Positions 38,699-48,723 of a stretch of DNA of 64,000 bases are shown piece by piece. The notes beneath the pieces were generated by a model. It did not search any database. It worked only from the letters and a program-made list of their open reading frames with translations, and was not told the origin of the DNA. Where the stretch lies: positions 18,232-82,231 of the forward strand of contig JBBDOX010000018.1 in NCBI GenBank assembly GCA_040876835.1. Reading direction: 5' to 3'. Both the position numbers and the translations under genes were made by a program. This DNA is from Candidatus Anderseniibacteriota bacterium (GTDB taxonomy: Bacteria; Patescibacteriota; Andersenbacteria; UBA10190). How positions within the stretch are numbered: the first letter of the stretch is position 1; each line of letters opens with the position of its first letter.

Positions 38699-39685
38699 AT
38701 GAACAAAAAATATTTTTTCTATTTCGTAGCCTTGTTAGCGATCTTGACATTGGCAGTAGCTGTTCTGGGATGGTACTTCTACCCCTCCCAACCTCAAAAG
38801 CTGGATAGGGAAGAATACAAAACTGTTAAGGATAGCCTTGTGGCAATTGTAATTTCAGAAGACCCGAGAGTAGCTCTAGAAAAACTGAGCCAGCTTACTG
38901 AGAAGAGAAGCGCCGTTTCAGGCTCCTGCCATGCACTCGTTCATGAAATCGGGCACGCTTCATATGACCGATACCAAGATGTGGGGGAAGCTCTTTACTA
39001 TCGAGATGAGATATGCGGATCAGGGTATCTCCACGGGGTAATTGAAGGACATATGCGGACTGTACCAGACGTTAACGCCGCCCTTCGAACTGTCTGCTCT
39101 CCATATACTGATCGATTTCTCCGGGGAAGCTGCTACCACGGTGTTGGTCACGGCCTTATGTACTACAGCAATGATAATCTGCCGGAGTCACTTGACCGCT
39201 GTCAGACATATTCGCATGCTTCGGATCGTGTGTCTTGTGCAGAAGGCGTGTTCATGGAAAACTTTAACACTGATCAGAAGCTTCATCCTTCAGCATATCT
39301 GAATGAGGAGGATCCCTTCTCACTGTGTCGAACACAGGCCTTGGATTCCCATAAAGGAGTCTGCTACTTTTACGCACCACTTTACTATCTCAACGCTCAC
39401 CCCGGAAAATACAAGCAGGTATTTGACTGGTGTCAGACTGCGGAGGAGTCTTTTACTGACGCATGTATTAAAGGAGCATCCTCTCGTATAACTAAAGAAA
39501 ATATGCAAAACATCGCTCTGGCGGAGAGGTTATGTGGAGGCTTGGTTGATGAATACCAGGGGTCCTGTGCAGCCGGTATTGGAAGCTATCACTTAACTCA
39601 CTATGGAGATCGCGAGCGTACGAGACAGATGTGTTTAACTTTGAGACAAGAATTTCAACCAGTCTGTCTTAAGGCCATACAGTAA
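38699..39685 (+). CDS. membrane-anchored Cys/His-repeat hypothetical protein
   Basis: CHALVHEIGH, CGSGYLHG, CYHGVGHG, CAEGVFME. Confidence 0.8.
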   Translation: MNKKYFFYFVALLAILTLAVAVLGWYFYPSQPQKLDREEYKTVKDSLVAIVISEDPRVALEKLSQLTEKRSAVSGSCHALVHEIGHASYDRYQDVGEALYYRDEICGSGYLHGVIEGHMRTVPDVNAALRTVCSPYTDRFLRGSCYHGVGHGLMYYSNDNLPESLDRCQTYSHASDRVSCAEGVFMENFNTDQKLHPSAYLNEEDPFSLCRTQALDSHKGVCYFYAPLYYLNAHPGKYKQVFDWCQTAEESFTDACIKGASSRITKENMQNIALAERLCGGLVDEYQGSCAAGIGSYHLTHYGDRERTRQMCLTLRQEFQPVCLKAIQ

Positions 39686-39726
39686 GGCTCGTTTGCATTC
39701 TCCCCCTTCTTGTATATGCTAGGGCC

Positions 39727-40335
39727 ATGTTTACCGGCATTATCCGTCACCTTGGCACCATTGAGAATATTCGCGATGAGGCAGATGGCGCCAAGGTTTT
39801 TAGTATTGGTACCGAGTTAGGTCGCGACCTGCAAGAAGGAGACAGTGTGGCCGTAAACGGAGCCTGTTTAACTGTGCTCTCGGCTGACAAGACGAGCTGG
39901 CAGCTGCGTTTGATGCGGGAGACCCTGGCAAAAACAAACTTGGGAACACTAGCAGTGAATAGTGCGGTTAACCTGGAACGTCCCCTGGTCGTCGGTGACA
40001 GGCTTGATGGGCATTTTGTGCAAGGGCATGTGGATGGCGTGTGTAAGATTGTGAGTATAGAGCCGGTGGGCAATGATCGGATCTTCACCTTTCAACCAAC
40101 TAACCAACTAACAATTCTTCCATATCTTGTTTCGAAAGGTTCTGTGGCACTTGATGGAGTCAGCCTTACCGTTGTTGAAGTCAACAGTAGTGTATTTACG
40201 GTATCAATAATGCCCTACACCCTAGAACACACCACCTTTGGTCAACGAGAGATTGGTGATACGGTTAATATAGAAGTAGATATGATTGGAAAATATGTTC
40301 TCAACCAGTCGCACATTCGGCACCCGGGAGCCTAA
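39727..40335 (+). CDS. ribE: riboflavin synthase (alpha chain)
   Basis: MFTGII, GDSVAVNGACLT, VNLER, GHFVQGHVD. Confidence 0.97.
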   Translation: MFTGIIRHLGTIENIRDEADGAKVFSIGTELGRDLQEGDSVAVNGACLTVLSADKTSWQLRLMRETLAKTNLGTLAVNSAVNLERPLVVGDRLDGHFVQGHVDGVCKIVSIEPVGNDRIFTFQPTNQLTILPYLVSKGSVALDGVSLTVVEVNSSVFTVSIMPYTLEHTTFGQREIGDTVNIEVDMIGKYVLNQSHIRHPGA

Positions 40336-40744
40336 CGGTGGAAATCCCGAGCCACTAGATCCTGCAAACCTACCCTGGACCGAAGGAGTCGTAGAACGTG
40401 GTCGTGGTCGTGGAAAAGAAATAGGTTTTCCGACCGCCAATCTTTCGTTCAAAGATGATTATGTCCGCCCCCGCGATGGTGTTTATGCCTGCTGGGTGCG
40501 CCTGGCTCCCACCGAGGAACTTCTGCCAGCAGTGATGCATGTCGGGCCACGACCGACCTTCGATGATATGGAAATCAGTGTCGAGATTCACATTCTCGAT
40601 TTTAACAAAGATATTTATGGCCACCAGATTGAGTTTGCCCCGATGGAGTTTATCCGCCCCGTGGAAAAGTTTGATACAATACAGGAGCTTCAGGACGCCA
40701 TCGTACAAGATTGCGAAAAAGCGCGCGAATTTCTTAACTCTTAA
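40286..40744 (+). CDS. riboflavin kinase domain (RibF C-terminal half only)
   Basis: GRGRGKEIGFPTAN, GVY, GPRPTF, EIHILDF; no clear start codon. Confidence 0.88.
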   Translation: MENMFSTSRTFGTREPNGGNPEPLDPANLPWTEGVVERGRGRGKEIGFPTANLSFKDDYVRPRDGVYACWVRLAPTEELLPAVMHVGPRPTFDDMEISVEIHILDFNKDIYGHQIEFAPMEFIRPVEKFDTIQELQDAIVQDCEKAREFLNS

Positions 40745-40755
40745 ATATACTTTGG

Positions 40756-41208
40756 ATGCCAGGCACGGTACATCTGCTGGTGGGGGCAGCTCTGGCGGCA
40801 CTTATACCGCATACACCGACAATGGTAGTGGCTGTCTTTTTTTCTCACTACGTACTTGACCTTTTGCCACATATTGATGCCGAAACATTCGCAAGTAAAA
40901 CCGGCCCTTATACCGGAAGTCAGAAGATCAGCCTGGTCATTGACGCGATACTGATACTGACACTACTGATAGCTCTTTTCTTACTGCGAAACGAAGGAGC
41001 TCATATTCTTATGGGAGCCGTGATAGCTCAGCTACCTGACCTTATGATTCCCCTTGAACGATACCGGGTGTTCTACCCGCTCCACCGCATACACACAATG
41101 TTTCACTGGAATGAGAAGCGTGCCAACTTCTGGGACTGGTATATCTTTGCCTTATTTGCCCCTATTTTAGTAGCCGGCAGTGCGCTGGTAGTGATCTGGA
41201 ACTACTAG
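40756..41208 (+). CDS. membrane protein, metal-dependent hydrolase-like
   Basis: H..VG, SHYVLDLLPH, LPD, H..FH. Confidence 0.7.
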   Translation: MPGTVHLLVGAALAALIPHTPTMVVAVFFSHYVLDLLPHIDAETFASKTGPYTGSQKISLVIDAILILTLLIALFLLRNEGAHILMGAVIAQLPDLMIPLERYRVFYPLHRIHTMFHWNEKRANFWDWYIFALFAPILVAGSALVVIWNY

Positions 41209-41209
41209 C

Positions 41210-42154
41210 ATGGTAACGCTTGTCATCACATTACTGGGATCACTTGCGGTATTGGTTATTACCAGCCGGTACGCAATTCGCCTGCTGACAAACGTTACAA
41301 CCGCCTTAGGTATATCAGAGTTTACGGTCGCCTTTATTATTCTGGCGGTAGCCACTTCCGTTCCTGAACTATCTCTTTCGATTCTATCGGCACTTGATAA
41401 CGCAGGAGAGCTTGTACTGGCCACAGCTCTCGGATCAAATGTCATTAACATGACTCTGATTATAGGCACGGCCGCTATTGTGTCATTGGGTATCTCCACT
41501 TCAGGATTAAAGCTGGGGCGGGACTTACTGTTTGGTGGTGTTACCACCACTATGCCAATTCTGTTTCTAATCAACGGGGTTATCTCCCGCCTCGAAGGCG
41601 GTATCCTTATTACCGCGTTTTGCATTTACATGCTACTACTCTACCGCGACCAGCAGGCATTTAGTACGAAGCGAACGCCTCGGCATATTCTTAAAGGAGC
41701 GGGCTCGCTCTTGCTGGCTATACTGTTACTGGGCGTAATTGTGTACGCTGCTGATAGAACAGTAGGGTCTTCAGTGGAGCTAGCTAGAATTCTGGGATTA
41801 CCTACATTCTTGATTGGCATCTTCCTTCTCGCACTGGGAACTTCTCTGCCTGAGTTCACCACGACGGTTCAGTCCGCTCTGCTGCGTAAACCAACAATGG
41901 CTCTGGGGAATATTCTAGGCAGCAACGTAACTGACTCCGCGTTGATTATTGGTATTGCCAGCGTTATCCGACCGATTCATGTTCCTATCAATCCATCACT
42001 TCTTACCACAGTCCTCTTTATTCTTCTATCACTAATATTGCTGGGATATTTCGCCACTACCCGCAAAAAAATATCCATGAGTGAGGGCCTCGTCCTCCTC
42101 CTCGTATTCATTATGTTCATTATTACAACCCTTCTGGTTGCTCCGGCGAGCTAG
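41210..42154 (+). CDS. Na+/Ca2+ (CaCA/YrbG) antiporter
   Basis: ATSVPE...GSN and GTSLPE...GNILGSN alpha repeats. Confidence 0.92.
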   Translation: MVTLVITLLGSLAVLVITSRYAIRLLTNVTTALGISEFTVAFIILAVATSVPELSLSILSALDNAGELVLATALGSNVINMTLIIGTAAIVSLGISTSGLKLGRDLLFGGVTTTMPILFLINGVISRLEGGILITAFCIYMLLLYRDQQAFSTKRTPRHILKGAGSLLLAILLLGVIVYAADRTVGSSVELARILGLPTFLIGIFLLALGTSLPEFTTTVQSALLRKPTMALGNILGSNVTDSALIIGIASVIRPIHVPINPSLLTTVLFILLSLILLGYFATTRKKISMSEGLVLLLVFIMFIITTLLVAPAS

Positions 42155-42765
42155 ATTTCTAGGGCTTTTGTATAATTTTCCTGAACCTGCTTCCAGTTAA
42201 CGACATTCCACCAGGCGGCAATGTAATCAGGCCGTTTATTCTGGTAGTTAAGATAGTACGCATGCTCCCACACATCGACCCCCAGAACAGGTGTTTTGCC
42301 ATCAGTCAGCGGTGAGTCCTGATTAGATGTTGACACTACTTCCAGTGATCCGTCACTGACTACCAGCCAGCCCCAGCCGCTACCAAATTGTCCGGCAGCA
42401 GTCTCGGATAACTTCGTTTTAAAATCATTAAAGCTGCCAAAGGTTGTACTAATTGCTTCAGCTAGCTCCCCTTCCGGCTCTCCCCCGCCGTCAGGACTCA
42501 TAATTGTCCAGAAGAGATTGTGGTTGATATATCCTCCACCATTATTCCGCACTGCTTTTTGAATATCTTCAGGAATCGAGTGTAGGTCAGTAATAATATC
42601 CTCCGCTGATTTACTGGCAAGGTCAGGGTGCCCTTCCAGGGCAGCATTGAACTTATCAGTATATGCCTGGTGGTGCTTAGTGTGGTGAATTTCCATCGTC
42701 CGCGCATCAATGTGCGGCTCGAGCGCGTCATAGCTATATGGAAGAGAAGGTAGTTCAAACGGCAT
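42151..42765 (-). CDS. sodA: Fe/Mn superoxide dismutase
   Basis: [20 protein letters not shown]. Confidence 0.96.
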   Translation of the reverse strand: MPFELPSLPYSYDALEPHIDARTMEIHHTKHHQAYTDKFNAALEGHPDLASKSAEDIITDLHSIPEDIQKAVRNNGGGYINHNLFWTIMSPDGGGEPEGELAEAISTTFGSFNDFKTKLSETAAGQFGSGWGWLVVSDGSLEVVSTSNQDSPLTDGKTPVLGVDVWEHAYYLNYQNKRPDYIAAWWNVVNWKQVQENYTKALEI

Positions 42766-42955
42766 GGGTGTGTCATTAAGGATTATATTGATAGTGTACT
42801 GTCGCTCTATACAGCCTACAAGGGATTGTAATGAATGCGTCCTTGTTTATATTGTCGGCTAAGAATAGCCCGAACCTGCTGCGTATTATTCTGCCGAAAA
42901 AGGGTGGAATAAAAAAAGGCTAACGAACATGTCGCTAGGCTGACCGTGAACATTG

Positions 42956-43279
42956 CTATTCATCGATTTCTTCGTAGTCATAGAGGGAGTCGTCCTCCTC
43001 TCCTTCGCAAGGATCTGCGTCGACGCAAACAGAGTCTTCGTCATCCCCCCACTGGGCATCGTCCTCGTGCCGAAAGGGCAGCCCGCAGGCGTAACGAGCA
43101 GCGATGACGATGAGCTTGTCTTCCGAGTCCGGTTTGGCAGCGCTGGGCAGTCTCGGATCAATACCAAGCGCCATGAAGTCGTCTACTGTGTAGCCCTGAG
43201 CTTTACCTTTCTCCCTTTCCCTATTCGCCGGAGTAGAGCGGTGCGATTCCCAAAATTCCCTCAGGTCGTCGCTGATCAT
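42956..43279 (-). CDS. acidic hypothetical protein (orphan cassette)
   Basis: GGAGG SD before ATG 43279; Asp/Glu-rich tail; hairpin plus T-tract downstream. Confidence 0.6.
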   Translation of the reverse strand: MISDDLREFWESHRSTPANREREKGKAQGYTVDDFMALGIDPRLPSAAKPDSEDKLIVIAARYACGLPFRHEDDAQWGDDEDSVCVDADPCEGEEDDSLYDYEEIDE

Positions 43280-43405
43280 CGTTTTTTCCTCCAAGGAACA
43301 TGCTACTCTTCCTCTTACTTACCCAGAACAGCGTGGTTTGTCAATTGTTGCTTGCACGTACTGCTAAAAATATATATTGTCAGTACGTTCCCTTTTACGA
43401 GAAAT

Positions 43406-43477
43406 GGCCTCATCGTCTAACGGCTAGGACGTAGCGTTCTCAACGCTAAAATCGGAGTTCGATTCTCCGTGGGGCTA
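43406..43477 (+). tRNA. tRNA-Glu(CTC)
   Basis: GGCCTCA/TGGGGCT acceptor stem, TAGCG-TTCTCAA-CGCTA, GTTCGATT T-loop. Confidence 0.95.
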
Positions 43478-43538
43478 CAATATTTATCGGTAGACTTTGA
43501 CACCAACTGAAAAATTTTAAGTATCATACAACATTTTA

Positions 43539-44276
43539 ATGACTGAACTTTTATGGACATTTCTGGTTGGTGTTGGTGCTAGCATCTTAAGCGGCATTGC
43601 CGGCGGAGGTGGTGGCCTCATCTCTGCCCCTTTCTTTATTCTCATAGGTCTGCCGCCACAAGTCGCTGTTGCAACCACAAAGTTTGGAGCGCTCGGTCTA
43701 ACAATAGGATCGTTAGCTAAATTCAGCGCCACAGAGCATGTGCGCAAAGAGCATGTTTTGTACCTATCTATCTTAAGCATCGCCGCTGCGATCATTGGCT
43801 CGCAGCTGCTATTAGTATCCGATGACGCACTCATTGAACGTCTAGTCGGAGTCATGATTTTAGTCGCTCTGCCTTTTATCTTTATGAAAGACATCGGCCT
43901 AAACCGCTCACAGCCAAGCCGCTGGAAAGAATCTGCAGGCTATGTCCTCTATTTTATTATCCTCGTCCTCCAGGCAGCCTTTGGGGCCGGAGTCGGCATG
44001 ACACTCATGATTGTGATGATGGGGCTACTTGGCTTTACGGCGCTGGAAGCCAATGCCACCCGGCGTATTCCAGGATTTATCCTGGCTGCTACAGCGCTGC
44101 TCATATATATGTTCAATGATGTCGTGTATTACGGTCATGGGCTGGCCATGCTCGGTGGTATGATCGTGGGTGGATATATCGGAACTCATATTGCTGTTAA
44201 AAAGGGAAATAAATTTGTAAAAGCTGTTTTTGCCATAACCGTCGCTATTCTTGGAGTAAAGCTTCTTATCGACTAA
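43539..44276 (+). CDS. TauE/SafE (TSUP) family exporter
   Basis: GIAGGGGGLI..P..A.AT; eight TMs. Confidence 0.9.
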   Translation: MTELLWTFLVGVGASILSGIAGGGGGLISAPFFILIGLPPQVAVATTKFGALGLTIGSLAKFSATEHVRKEHVLYLSILSIAAAIIGSQLLLVSDDALIERLVGVMILVALPFIFMKDIGLNRSQPSRWKESAGYVLYFIILVLQAAFGAGVGMTLMIVMMGLLGFTALEANATRRIPGFILAATALLIYMFNDVVYYGHGLAMLGGMIVGGYIGTHIAVKKGNKFVKAVFAITVAILGVKLLID

Positions 44277-44471
44277 GCCAAAAAACCGCGAACATGTACA
44301 CTCAGTGCGCATTATGGCATAGTACGCAGTCGCTCTTTGGACAAATGAACCTCCGTGGGACAAGCCCCGCGGAATAGGCAAGTTCAACCGTTCAAAAGTA
44401 GTTCTAACTTCCTGTACTACGGCCTACATAACGAGAGTTCAGTATCTTTATACTCGAGGCTTGCGCTCAGT

Positions 44472-45410
44472 TTACTTCTCCTTTACAAATGCAGCCACTA
44501 CGATACCTTTCTCGAATTCTTCTTTATCTGGTGGAGAGTAATACAGCCCATGTTCTCTAAACTCCTCAACCATATCCCGAACACTCCACGCCATCTCTTC
44601 TTCATTGTGAGAAATCAGATTATCGATCAGGTATACCAACAAGGCTTTTGCACTCGTTAAATACTCTTGTTCCGTTACCGGGAGCAAGCTATCAGGATTT
44701 TTTACAGTAAATGCTTCAAAATATACGCCAAGCGGTTTTAATGTTCGGCTAATTTCGGCCACGTACTGTTGCATTTCCTGCTTTGTAAGATAATGAGTAA
44801 GTCCATTACTAACAGCAACTGCGAATGAGTTGTCCGGAAAAGGTAAGTTGGTTGCATCGGCAGAAACAATCTCCGCATTTTTCGGCAAAGCAGCATCTTT
44901 TGCAGCGATAGAGGCAACTGAAGCTGACTTCTCCACCCCTACAACTTTTTGAAAATATGGTGCCATAGCTCGCATTGCGTTACCGAGACCGGAGCCAACA
45001 TCTAACCCACTACCTATAGTTTTGCTTCTGTTCATTTCCGAGACCAGTTTCAAACGTTCAACAACGGGTGCAAATGTTTTGTCGTTCACGTGTCCAAGAA
45101 TAATATCGTACCAGTACTCTCCGGTTGAAGATTTTTCAGCAAGAATTCTATACTGTTCCTCCTTTGTATTCGGAGGCCGTAACCTTTCGCCAATTTCAGT
45201 TAACTCGTCCAATGGAATCTTGGTGTAATAACTCTCCTTACCCGACCCCGAACTTTCTTCTGTTTGAGCAAGCTCAATTGTTTTTTTCCAAACATCATCT
45301 GACGCCGGATCTTCCTGTATCTGTTTTAACAGTTCTATATACAGATCTGGAATCTTTTCAAGATTACCCTCGCTCTCGGGCGCATTTTGCCTAGGCTGTC
45401 CCTCGTTCAT
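44472..45410 (-). CDS. class I SAM-dependent methyltransferase
   Basis: LDVGSGLG, ADATNLPFPDNSF, RTLKPLG. Confidence 0.88.
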   Translation of the reverse strand: MNEGQPRQNAPESEGNLEKIPDLYIELLKQIQEDPASDDVWKKTIELAQTEESSGSGKESYYTKIPLDELTEIGERLRPPNTKEEQYRILAEKSSTGEYWYDIILGHVNDKTFAPVVERLKLVSEMNRSKTIGSGLDVGSGLGNAMRAMAPYFQKVVGVEKSASVASIAAKDAALPKNAEIVSADATNLPFPDNSFAVAVSNGLTHYLTKQEMQQYVAEISRTLKPLGVYFEAFTVKNPDSLLPVTEQEYLTSAKALLVYLIDNLISHNEEEMAWSVRDMVEEFREHGLYYSPPDKEEFEKGIVVAAFVKEK

Positions 45411-45606
45411 TATTTTACTGTAGCAAGGAATTGGAAAATATACCTATTTACTCCTCAGAGATTCGGGATGTAAATATCAGTACCAATCAACCGGTTAAAA
45501 ATAGTTCTGGCCTCCTCCACGGCAGCCTACAATAACCCGCGACTCTCTTCTGATCTAAAGCTTTACTAAAAAAATCCCACAGGAGACCTGCGGGGCGGCG
45601 GGACGC

Positions 45607-46077
45607 TTAGCGACAGAAGGTTTCCTCTGCCGCGAATCCGAGCTTCGTATAGAACCCAACCTTGGCCGGATCACAGTAGAGACGAGCGATGTGAATGCGG
45701 TCGTATCTACTCTGGGCGAGAAGAGCGGCGACAGTGTTCGTTGCTGCGCCCCGACATCGAAACTTCGGATGCGTCATGACATATTCGACGTGACAGTCCG
45801 GGCCGATGCACACTCGCAGGGCTGAACTAATCAGCAAATTGTCCTCTGCCAGTGTGAAGAAAACCTTCGTCAGCAGGCAGTGGAAGAACGCATCATGCTT
45901 GCCCTGATTCATGAACAGGCCATCCTCCTGGCAGGAGCGCATGATCGTCCTGTACTGATCGTACCGCCGGCGATCGCTGACCAACTCGCCAGGAGTCAGG
46001 CTTATAACCTGCAGCGGCGAAATGACTTCTGGCGGCCTCCACGAGGCGAGTTGACACTTCATGAACACGGCTTCCAT
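45607..46077 (-). CDS. GNAT-family acetyltransferase
   Basis: VMTHPKFRCRGAA, FYTKLGF; AAGGAGG SD before ATG 46077. Confidence 0.8.
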   Translation of the reverse strand: MEAVFMKCQLASWRPPEVISPLQVISLTPGELVSDRRRYDQYRTIMRSCQEDGLFMNQGKHDAFFHCLLTKVFFTLAEDNLLISSALRVCIGPDCHVEYVMTHPKFRCRGAATNTVAALLAQSRYDRIHIARLYCDPAKVGFYTKLGFAAEETFCR

Positions 46078-46214
46078 CGAATCCCTCCTTGTTCGAAATA
46101 CCCTGAAAAACGAGCCGGGAACACCATATATCACTATGAGGATTTTGACAACTTACTTTGGACTACTTTAAAAGTAATTCCTCATGACTCTTCCCTGTAA
46201 TAAAAACATACCTG

Positions 46215-47378
46215 TTATATCACCGTCAGAATAGTACCGGGGTGAATCAGTGTCGGCACAATATTGTATGTGTTTATAAAGCTGCGTGAGGGGCGTTTTT
46301 CGTCAGAATTAAAATGAATATCAAAGGGGTACAGTTTATTACCCTGTTTTACAACTAAGTCCACTGTACTGTCGTTTCGTGACTGCCAAAAGAACAGATC
46401 TTCCTGGCGATTATATGTCCGGCCCTGCTTCCAGATTTCTGCCATCACCCAGTTCTCCCACAATGTATCAATATCACTACGTTTGTCTGAGACTACCCAT
46501 TCGCGCTGAAGGGCGTTTTTTACACCTGTATCCCAAAAGTAATATTTTCTGGTTTTAGTTATTTCCTTTATGGGGTCTGTTGCATACGCTGGCAGACTAA
46601 AGATAACAAAGATTGCCTCTAGTAAATCTAGATACTTTTGAACCGTCTGCCGACTGATGTTAAGCCGAGTGGCTAGCTGCAGAACAGAAACCGTGTTTCC
46701 AATTTCTTTAGCAAGCTCCAGCAAAAGACGCCTGATGTCTTCGGGCGATCGTACGAGGGAGGCCGTAAAAATATCTTTGAGCAAATAGTCGCTCGTTAAA
46801 TTAGTGAGATACTGACTGGGATCAGATGAAAGAAATGCTTCGGGATAGCTGCCAAAGACTAAGCGATTTAAGAGCGACGATCGAATCTGACTGTCGAAGT
46901 GCGTATGAAGCTCAGTGGCAGTATATGCCGGTGTAAACCATGTTTGCTGAGCTAACGTTTCGCGGAAAAGAAGCGGGGTGAGCCACAGTTTTTCGTTGCG
47001 CCCGGTGAGTTCAGCTGCAGCAGTATCTAGTAATGTAGCGCTGGACGATCCAAGTAAAATTATTTTCGTAGTCACGTGAGCGTCGTACCACCCCTTACAA
47101 ATGCGACCGACGTCTGCCACCCGGTGAGCTTCGTCAATAACCAAAACATCTTCCCCTCCCAGTGCTCGAATAGCGTCCTGAGGTGCCAGTTGAGCGGCAG
47201 CTACAAACCGGGCGCGATCCACTTCTATATCCATATTCAGCAATGCGCCTCGTCTTTCAGATAGAGCATGCTCAACTAAAGTGGTTTTGCCTACCTGTCG
47301 AGCACCAAGAAGCAATAGTACCTTGGAAGTGTCGAATGATTTTTTTAGCTCTTCTTCAAGTAGCCGAAGGATATACAT
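46215..47378 (-). CDS. AAA_14 ATPase with DUF4143
   Basis: GARQVGKTT, IDEAH, GSS, KYYFWDTG, ENWV. Confidence 0.92.
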   Translation of the reverse strand: MYILRLLEEELKKSFDTSKVLLLLGARQVGKTTLVEHALSERRGALLNMDIEVDRARFVAAAQLAPQDAIRALGGEDVLVIDEAHRVADVGRICKGWYDAHVTTKIILLGSSSATLLDTAAAELTGRNEKLWLTPLLFRETLAQQTWFTPAYTATELHTHFDSQIRSSLLNRLVFGSYPEAFLSSDPSQYLTNLTSDYLLKDIFTASLVRSPEDIRRLLLELAKEIGNTVSVLQLATRLNISRQTVQKYLDLLEAIFVIFSLPAYATDPIKEITKTRKYYFWDTGVKNALQREWVVSDKRSDIDTLWENWVMAEIWKQGRTYNRQEDLFFWQSRNDSTVDLVVKQGNKLYPFDIHFNSDEKRPSRSFINTYNIVPTLIHPGTILTVI

Positions 47379-47523
47379 GTGTAAATATACATTACAATTT
47401 TTGTACTTAAATTGTAAAGTATATTTTACAGTATAATACTCTAAAACTTACAAAACTCTTACAAAGAAAAAGGCTCAGACCACTCTGGCAAGCGATCTGA
47501 GCAGGAAGTCGGGGCGAAAAGGA

Positions 47524-47973
47524 TCAGGAGACCTGCTCCTGCAGGAAGCTGAGGTATCCCCCACGCCGCAGCCGCAGATCACGACGCTCTTCGGGCAGGT
47601 ACGTGACCTGCAAGTCCTCGACGGCTTCCACCACGACGACGTTGCCGCGGTTGAAGATCCTGCACTTGCAGCTCAGGAACCCGTACTTCATGGTCCTGAC
47701 CCGAGTGAAGATCCGCTCCACGGAGCTGTTTGAGAAGTGAACGGACGGAGACTCGGAGAGAATGATCCTCCCCTGCTCGACCGGGCGGACTTCTCCCTTG
47801 CCGGCAATGAGAGCCGGGCAGAAGGAGAGGGTGGCCGCACGCGAGGAATCGGCCTTGACGCCCACTCCCTCGAGCCGCAGGTTTTCGGCACCATAGCCTG
47901 GCGCGATGCCTGCCTCCTCCAGCGTCCGCAAGAACGAACTCTCCTGGTCGGCCAACAGTGAGTACCGCGACAT
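47524..47973 (-). CDS. hypothetical protein (orphan cassette)
   Basis: GGGAGG SD before ATG 47973; GC-rich codons; terminator 47465-47502. Confidence 0.65.
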   Translation of the reverse strand: MSRYSLLADQESSFLRTLEEAGIAPGYGAENLRLEGVGVKADSSRAATLSFCPALIAGKGEVRPVEQGRIILSESPSVHFSNSSVERIFTRVRTMKYGFLSCKCRIFNRGNVVVVEAVEDLQVTYLPEERRDLRLRRGGYLSFLQEQVS

Positions 47974-48121
47974 GGACTTCCCTCCCAAAGGGAACAAGTA
48001 AGGGCACAGGTCTCCTAGCCTGTTGCCACTACATTAAGCATGCTTCTTCTGTTGATAATAAGTCAACTCAGACTAACAAAAACACCCCTTTTGAGGGGGT
48101 GTTTTCTTTCCTTACGCGAGA

Positions 48122-48412
48122 TTACTCACCGCGCTTGAAGTGCTCCCGGCAATATACCGGACGGCCTTCTGTTGGGCGAAACGGTACTTGCGTAGCCGCG
48201 CCACAGGTGGCACAAACAGCATCAAACATTTGACGCTCTCGGCGACCGAAGTCACCGCCACCGCCACCGGACTGCTGTCCGCGCATCTCTTTGAAGCACG
48301 AGCTACAGTACACAGGACGATCGCCTGAAGGCTGAAACGGAACTTGCGTTTCGTTTCCGCACTTGGAGCAGACCGCATCGAACATCGGTCGGTCTGAACT
48401 TCCATCCATCAT
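48122..48412 (-). CDS. tandem CxxC-x17-CxxC domain protein
   Basis: two MFDAVC..CG..TQVPF.P...RPVYC repeats with a Gly linker. Confidence 0.92.
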   Translation of the reverse strand: MMDGSSDRPMFDAVCSKCGNETQVPFQPSGDRPVYCSSCFKEMRGQQSGGGGGDFGRRERQMFDAVCATCGAATQVPFRPTEGRPVYCREHFKRGE

Positions 48413-48723
48413 ACTCTTAATGGTTACGTGTTAAACCCGAGGTGACTAACTTCTTGACGGCTCGGACTTCAACACGGGTTGAAGATTTCTACGACGTCTT
48501 TTACGTGAGCTTTCCTCGTTGAAGGGATAATGCCTGAAGATAGGTTAAAAGTCAATGGGAAGTTGAAAAGGATGAGAGTGAGAAGTTTTTGCACACAAAC
48601 TACTTTATATTGTTTACAAAGACCTTTTCCCCATCGTGGTAGGAATGTTGGTGATAAGAGATATGCTACAATGCTCTGTGCGTTACCGCATCCTTCATCT
48701 GACACAAATGCCTTTGTCTCATT

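Noticed and set aside
47380-47460. AT-rich inverted repeats upstream of the AAA_14/DUF4143 gene
   Set aside because: Low-complexity; such palindromes are common before this gene family and do not form a CRISPR or IS end
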